Shown: piece by piece, positions 29,932 to 33,885 of the stretch | Layout: the number at the start of each line of letters is the position of its first letter | Numbering within the stretch: the stretch's first letter is position 1 | Assembly: GCA_037481835.1 (NCBI GenBank) | Contig: JBBFKW010000022.1 | Location: 1 to 33,885 of the forward strand | DNA: 33,885 bases | Origin: Desulfosoma sp. | GTDB lineage: Bacteria > Desulfobacterota > Syntrophobacteria > Syntrophobacterales > DSM-9756 | Direction: 5' to 3' | Notes under the pieces: generated by a model | The model's input: the letters and a program-made list of their open reading frames with translations, nothing else | Told to the model about the DNA's origin: nothing | Databases searched by the model: none | Translations under genes and position numbers: made by a program

Positions 29932-30192
29932 TTACTTCTTCATGTGTTTCATGAAAATGGATTCGCACTTGTTGGCCATCTTTTCAGCGCGATCGGCGGC
30001 CGCTTCGGCACGACGGGCGGCGTTTTCACACGCCTGCACATTGCCGGCCTGAGCCTTTTCCAGCGCGTCCAACCTTTGCATCATCTGATCCTGTTGCGCC
30101 TGGAGCTTATTGACGGCGCTTTGGCTGGCGCAGCCGCCCAGGACCGACGTGCACAGTGCGAGAACGAAAACAACTGCCAGTACCCTTTTCAT
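29932..30192 (-). CDS. Lpp/OprI-like alanine-zipper lipoprotein
   Basis: Lipobox LGGC, coiled coil AARRAEAAADRAEKMA, C-terminal Lys; SD AGGAGG. Confidence 0.8.
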   Translation of the reverse strand: MKRVLAVVFVLALCTSVLGGCASQSAVNKLQAQQDQMMQRLDALEKAQAGNVQACENAARRAEAAADRAEKMANKCESIFMKHMKK

Positions 30193-30264
30193 GACTCTTT
30201 CCTCCTTTTGAAGTTTTTAAAGACCTACAGAAACCCAACTCCTCGCACTTCCAGTTTCCGAATT

Positions 30265-31287
30265 TTAGAAAACGCTTCTGCCGAAATCAAGACGATTCTT
30301 GGGCCGATCCCTCTCTTCCACCAAGGTTGTCGGCGGGGCGTCATCAATGGTGCCCACGTCGGTGGGCACGCCGTTTTGGAGCCGAACGGCCAGAGCGAAC
30401 CGTTTGCGGTCGATTTTGGCCGCCCACGGTGAGCGGTTGAGTTTTTCCGTGGCGTAGAGGGTGTAGTCCCCGATTTTTCCGTAGACATCCGGGTGGGCTT
30501 CCACGTACACCCGGCCGTTTTTCACCCCGAGTTTTACGGGCTCATAAATGATTTCCAGCCGAGTCCCCACGGCGACCTGGGGATAGAGGATGCGGATGTG
30601 TTCCGGATAGCAGCGAATGCAGCCGTGACTCACGAGCCGCCCCACTCCCCAGGGCATGTGCGTTCCGTGAATTCCGTAGGGGCCGAGGGAGAGCTTCATC
30701 ATGTATTCCCCTAGGGGGTTTTCCGGACCGGGCGGCATGACCTTCATGCCGTACTTGGCCTGCAAGGATTCGGGGATGTACCAGGCGGGATTAGGTCGCT
30801 TTTCTGCGATATGGCCCACACCCAGAGGGGTTTCCCAACCTTCGTCGCCGATTCCGATGGGATAGGTCTGCACGGTTCGGCTCTTTTTGTCGAAAAAATA
30901 CAACCGAAGTTCCGGGATGTTGATCACCAGTTCCTCGAACCGCGTGGGAGGCAGCACCCATATTGTCGGCACGATCAAATGCTTTTGTCGAGGCGGCAGC
31001 CAGGGATCCATGCGGGGGTAGAGAAGGGCCATTTCGTTGTAGCCCAGACCGTAAGCCCGGGCGATGTCCAAAAGGCTTTCCCCGGGCTTGACCTCGTGGC
31101 GCCGAGGCGCCCCGACGACAGTGTCGGACTCCAGGGTGTAAGGGTACTTGACGACTTGGGCGGTGTAAGTCTTGTCCTCGGCGTGGGCCAGGCTCGTCAG
31201 GAAAAGAAGAACCGCGACAACCCACGGGGCCGCTGCGTTTCGGCTGTGCGGCGTCTTACGAGGGGGCGTATGGTGTGCAAAGTTCAT
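30265..31287 (-). CDS. L,D-transpeptidase (ErfK/YcfS/YnhG family, LysM plus YkuD)
   Basis: LysM GESLLDIARAY, INIPELRLY, YPIGIG, GPENPLG, IHGT...VSHGCIR. Confidence 0.93.
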   Translation of the reverse strand: MNFAHHTPPRKTPHSRNAAAPWVVAVLLFLTSLAHAEDKTYTAQVVKYPYTLESDTVVGAPRRHEVKPGESLLDIARAYGLGYNEMALLYPRMDPWLPPRQKHLIVPTIWVLPPTRFEELVINIPELRLYFFDKKSRTVQTYPIGIGDEGWETPLGVGHIAEKRPNPAWYIPESLQAKYGMKVMPPGPENPLGEYMMKLSLGPYGIHGTHMPWGVGRLVSHGCIRCYPEHIRILYPQVAVGTRLEIIYEPVKLGVKNGRVYVEAHPDVYGKIGDYTLYATEKLNRSPWAAKIDRKRFALAVRLQNGVPTDVGTIDDAPPTTLVEERDRPKNRLDFGRSVF

Positions 31288-31363
31288 AAGCGCTTTGGCG
31301 ACCTCTTTTCATAACGGCATTCGGCCGGCACACGGCCTGACCGAACCGCTCTCATAGTCCAAT

Positions 31364-32098
31364 TCACGAGACCCCGCAAGAAAAAGACGCGTTTTTTTCA
31401 CCTCTCAGAAAGAAAAGGACATCGTTTCTGCGAACGGCCTTGTCGTCGAGCCGCTCCCAAGCGATGGGGGGCCTCGGCGGTTCGTTCCAGGTCGTTTTGA
31501 GAAGGCTCTGCGCGGTGAGAATCCAATGGACATGAATGTCTGTGGATTTCATGGGAATCGTTTCCAGGATCCGGTCCGGTGAGACCACCCCGACCACGAT
31601 CGTTTCGTCGTGGATCCATCCCAGGGCGTTCAGGCAGGCGACCTGGAGGTCCCCACGGCCGGATCCGTCCGCCAGGCGGCCGCCGTCGCGCGATGCGGCG
31701 ACGCACGGCACGACGATCATATCGATACGCCGTTTTTCCCCGGATCGATGCGCCACCTTGCGAGCCCACGCGTTGGGGGTGCGAAACGAAGCCGCCGCGG
31801 CTTTTTGGGCGGGAGGGATTTTGGAGGGATCCACCCCGAAAAAGCCCTTGTGCATTCCAGGGGAGGGATAGACCAGATTTTTCCCGTCCAGGAGGATATT
31901 GAGGGCCGTCTGGCGGTAGAAAGCGGTCGGAGGCACCATGACGCAGCGCGCGGTGCGATAGGCTCCGAGACGCCGAAGCCTTTCGGCGATTTTTCCGGCC
32001 TCTGAGGGCTCAAGATCCCCCGGGGTTTGGGCGGGACGTGCGTTTCGGAGCTGCTCCCGGAGTTTTCCTTTCAAGGCCTCGATGATTGCATCTTCCAT
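31364..32098 (-). CDS. 5-formyltetrahydrofolate cyclo-ligase-like protein (divergent)
   Basis: IDMIVVPCVA..DGGRLADGSGRGD and DIHVHWILT resemble the 5-FCL/MTHFSD fold. Confidence 0.65.
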   Translation of the reverse strand: MEDAIIEALKGKLREQLRNARPAQTPGDLEPSEAGKIAERLRRLGAYRTARCVMVPPTAFYRQTALNILLDGKNLVYPSPGMHKGFFGVDPSKIPPAQKAAAASFRTPNAWARKVAHRSGEKRRIDMIVVPCVAASRDGGRLADGSGRGDLQVACLNALGWIHDETIVVGVVSPDRILETIPMKSTDIHVHWILTAQSLLKTTWNEPPRPPIAWERLDDKAVRRNDVLFFLRGEKNASFSCGVS

Positions 32099-32118
32099 GG
32101 GCTTTCTTCCGGCAAAAC

Positions 32119-32147
32119 TTGCACTTTCACGGCCGATTTTTTATAGA
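32119..32147 (+). promoter_or_regulatory. Putative sigma70 promoter of the aldolase gene
   Basis: TTGCAC, 17-nt spacer, TATAGA. Confidence 0.45.
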
Positions 32148-32194
32148 GAAGGCAATGTTCCCACGACAACGTCATCAGAAAAGGAGCGTGCGTC

Positions 32195-33337
32195 ATGGCA
32201 TGGAAAGATTATCGTCCTGAAAACGTCAAGAAAAGGTTCCCCCAATCCATCGTCCCCTTGGTCAACGGGAAGGCGCTTCTTCGGGCGGCCAAGAAGCACA
32301 AAGGCATGATCATGGCCACGAACATCCGATGCCGCCTGCCCGTGGAAGGGATCATCCGAGCGTCCATGACCACCCGGGCACCGGTGATGTATGAAATCGC
32401 CAAATCGGAATTGACCTACACGGAATTCACACCGGCATCCTTCGTGGATTTCATTGTCAAGGAAAACGAACGTCTGGGCAACACCTCCGTGCCGTTTGCC
32501 ATCCATGGGGATCATATCACGGTCAAGAAAATGGACGACAGGGATTCCGTGCGGGCGCTCATTGCTGCCGAAATGGAAGCAGGCTACACGTCCTTTGCCA
32601 TCGATGCCTCCCACATGGAAAACGAGCTCAACCTGGCGGCGACGACGGAATTGGCGCGCCCCATCATCGAGGCGGGACTGAGCCTGGAGGTGGAATTGGG
32701 AGAGATCGGGGCCAAGAGCGGGTCCGCCGAGGGCTTCACCCGACCCGATGAGGCGGAATGGTTCATTGGCAACTTGGTGAAAAACGGCGTCCATCCGGAC
32801 CTTTTGGCCATCAACAACGGGTCCATCCACGGCACCTACTTCGGCACGGCCCAGGAGGGCATCCAGTTGGATCTCACCTTGGAGATTTGGAAAGCCATCC
32901 AACCGTGGAAAGTGGACATCGCCCAGCACGGCATCACCGGGACGTCCTTGGAAAAGATCACATCGTTTATCCACTACGGCATCCGCAAAGGCAACGTGGG
33001 AACCCTGTGGCAGAACGTGTCCTTCGGTTTTGCCATGAACCAGAACGGCAACGCCATCACTACGCCGGACAAGGGCTACGTGAAGCGGCCCTATCGTGGA
33101 ATCCCCGATGAACTGTGGCAGCAGATGTGGGCTTGGGCCGTGGAAACGGGCAACGTGGGCGGCAACATCAAGAACGCCAACAAGGTCTTCGCCCCCCAGC
33201 TCAACGCCATTGGGGCGGAATACAAGGAACGCATCACGGCCCATGCCTACGAAGAGGCCGTGCGGTTGTTCGAAGCGACCCATTCCATCGGGCTGGCCGA
33301 CGCCGTCTGGGAGGAGCTGGAGACCATGAGCGCCTAA
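32195..33337 (+). CDS. Class II fructose-bisphosphate aldolase family protein
   Basis: AIHGDH, GYTSFAIDASH, LEVELGEIG, NNGSIHG, AQHGITG, KGNVGT. Confidence 0.9.
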   Translation: MAWKDYRPENVKKRFPQSIVPLVNGKALLRAAKKHKGMIMATNIRCRLPVEGIIRASMTTRAPVMYEIAKSELTYTEFTPASFVDFIVKENERLGNTSVPFAIHGDHITVKKMDDRDSVRALIAAEMEAGYTSFAIDASHMENELNLAATTELARPIIEAGLSLEVELGEIGAKSGSAEGFTRPDEAEWFIGNLVKNGVHPDLLAINNGSIHGTYFGTAQEGIQLDLTLEIWKAIQPWKVDIAQHGITGTSLEKITSFIHYGIRKGNVGTLWQNVSFGFAMNQNGNAITTPDKGYVKRPYRGIPDELWQQMWAWAVETGNVGGNIKNANKVFAPQLNAIGAEYKERITAHAYEEAVRLFEATHSIGLADAVWEELETMSA

Positions 33338-33452
33338 GGCGGGGCGGCATTGCAGGAAAGGAACGGGGGTGCCAGGGGCGGCGCGGCGGCCATGGGCTCA
33401 CGGCCGAGGCCGCCCTTGGGGCCCTGCGGCATGCGGGACCGGCACCGTGGTC

Positions 33453-33872
33453 ATGATCGTGGAACACATGAAGGACAAAATCCGAGGGGTCTTGTTCCGA
33501 TACCCGGAAGTGGCGGCCGCGTACGTCTACGGGTCCACGGCCACGGGACGACGACGCCGGGGAAGCGACGTGGACGTGGCGGTTATGATCCGCGGGGCGT
33601 CGGATCCGTGGCGGCGTATGGACATGGAACGGGACCTTTCAGTGGCCCTGGGCGCGGACGTGGATCTCGTAATTTTCGCCAAGGGCACGAGTCTTCTGCA
33701 GCACGAAATCCTGCGCACGGGCATCCTGATCTATGAAAAGGATCCGCAAGAACGGATCCGGCAGACAGTCATCGGGCGGCGCCGCTACCTGGACGAACAG
33801 CGCCTTCCCAAGTGGATCCATTACGCCGATCCGGATGGCGAGACCCCGGTTGCCGACGAGGTTTCGCCATGA
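33453..33872 (+). CDS. Minimal nucleotidyltransferase (MntA-type antitoxin)
   Basis: AAYVYGSTATGRRRRGSDVDVAV (GSx10DxD), VDLV, EILRTG; start may be 33468. Confidence 0.85.
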   Translation: MIVEHMKDKIRGVLFRYPEVAAAYVYGSTATGRRRRGSDVDVAVMIRGASDPWRRMDMERDLSVALGADVDLVIFAKGTSLLQHEILRTGILIYEKDPQERIRQTVIGRRRYLDEQRLPKWIHYADPDGETPVADEVSP

Positions 33873-33885
33873 CCCCGGAGGTCAT
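33869..33885 (+). CDS. Start of the next gene (MTPEV...), probably the HEPN/DUF86 toxin partner; truncated by the window
   Basis: ATGA overlap with the MNT stop and upstream GAGG; product inferred from context only. Confidence 0.4.

Overview
GC-rich chromosomal window, probably from a sulfate-reducing deltaproteobacterium (Syntrophobacterales-like; inferred from gene content). 1-1066 holds two tandem IS3-family remnants. 1031-7069 is a visibly AT-richer surface-glycan island (GT4, wzm-wzt, GT2, GT2+WsaF-like GT4). The rest is housekeeping: era; a methylmalonyl-CoA cluster (split mutase, meaB, epimerase, ChlI/ChlD-like chelatase); moaE; mdh with a biotin carboxyltransferase and a small partner; HD protein, Rho-N protein, slipin-nfeD, family-4 UDG, coaBC; mlaBFED; an Lpp/OprI-like lipoprotein with an L,D-transpeptidase; class II aldolase; and an MNT(-HEPN) toxin-antitoxin pair. 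The most striking feature is a GxxExxY PD-(D/E)XK nuclease gene inside the mutase operon. It lies between two inverted copies of a modular 85-120 nt structured repeat: a 28-nt CACCGCAGAG head, a stem-loop with a conserved 9-nt loop and covarying stem, and a CTTCG hairpin. A candidate AAATT target duplication flanks it, and two solo copies lie nearby. Two further palindromic repeat families occur: one amplified in frame inside the UDG gene, one carried in a MITE-like unit.
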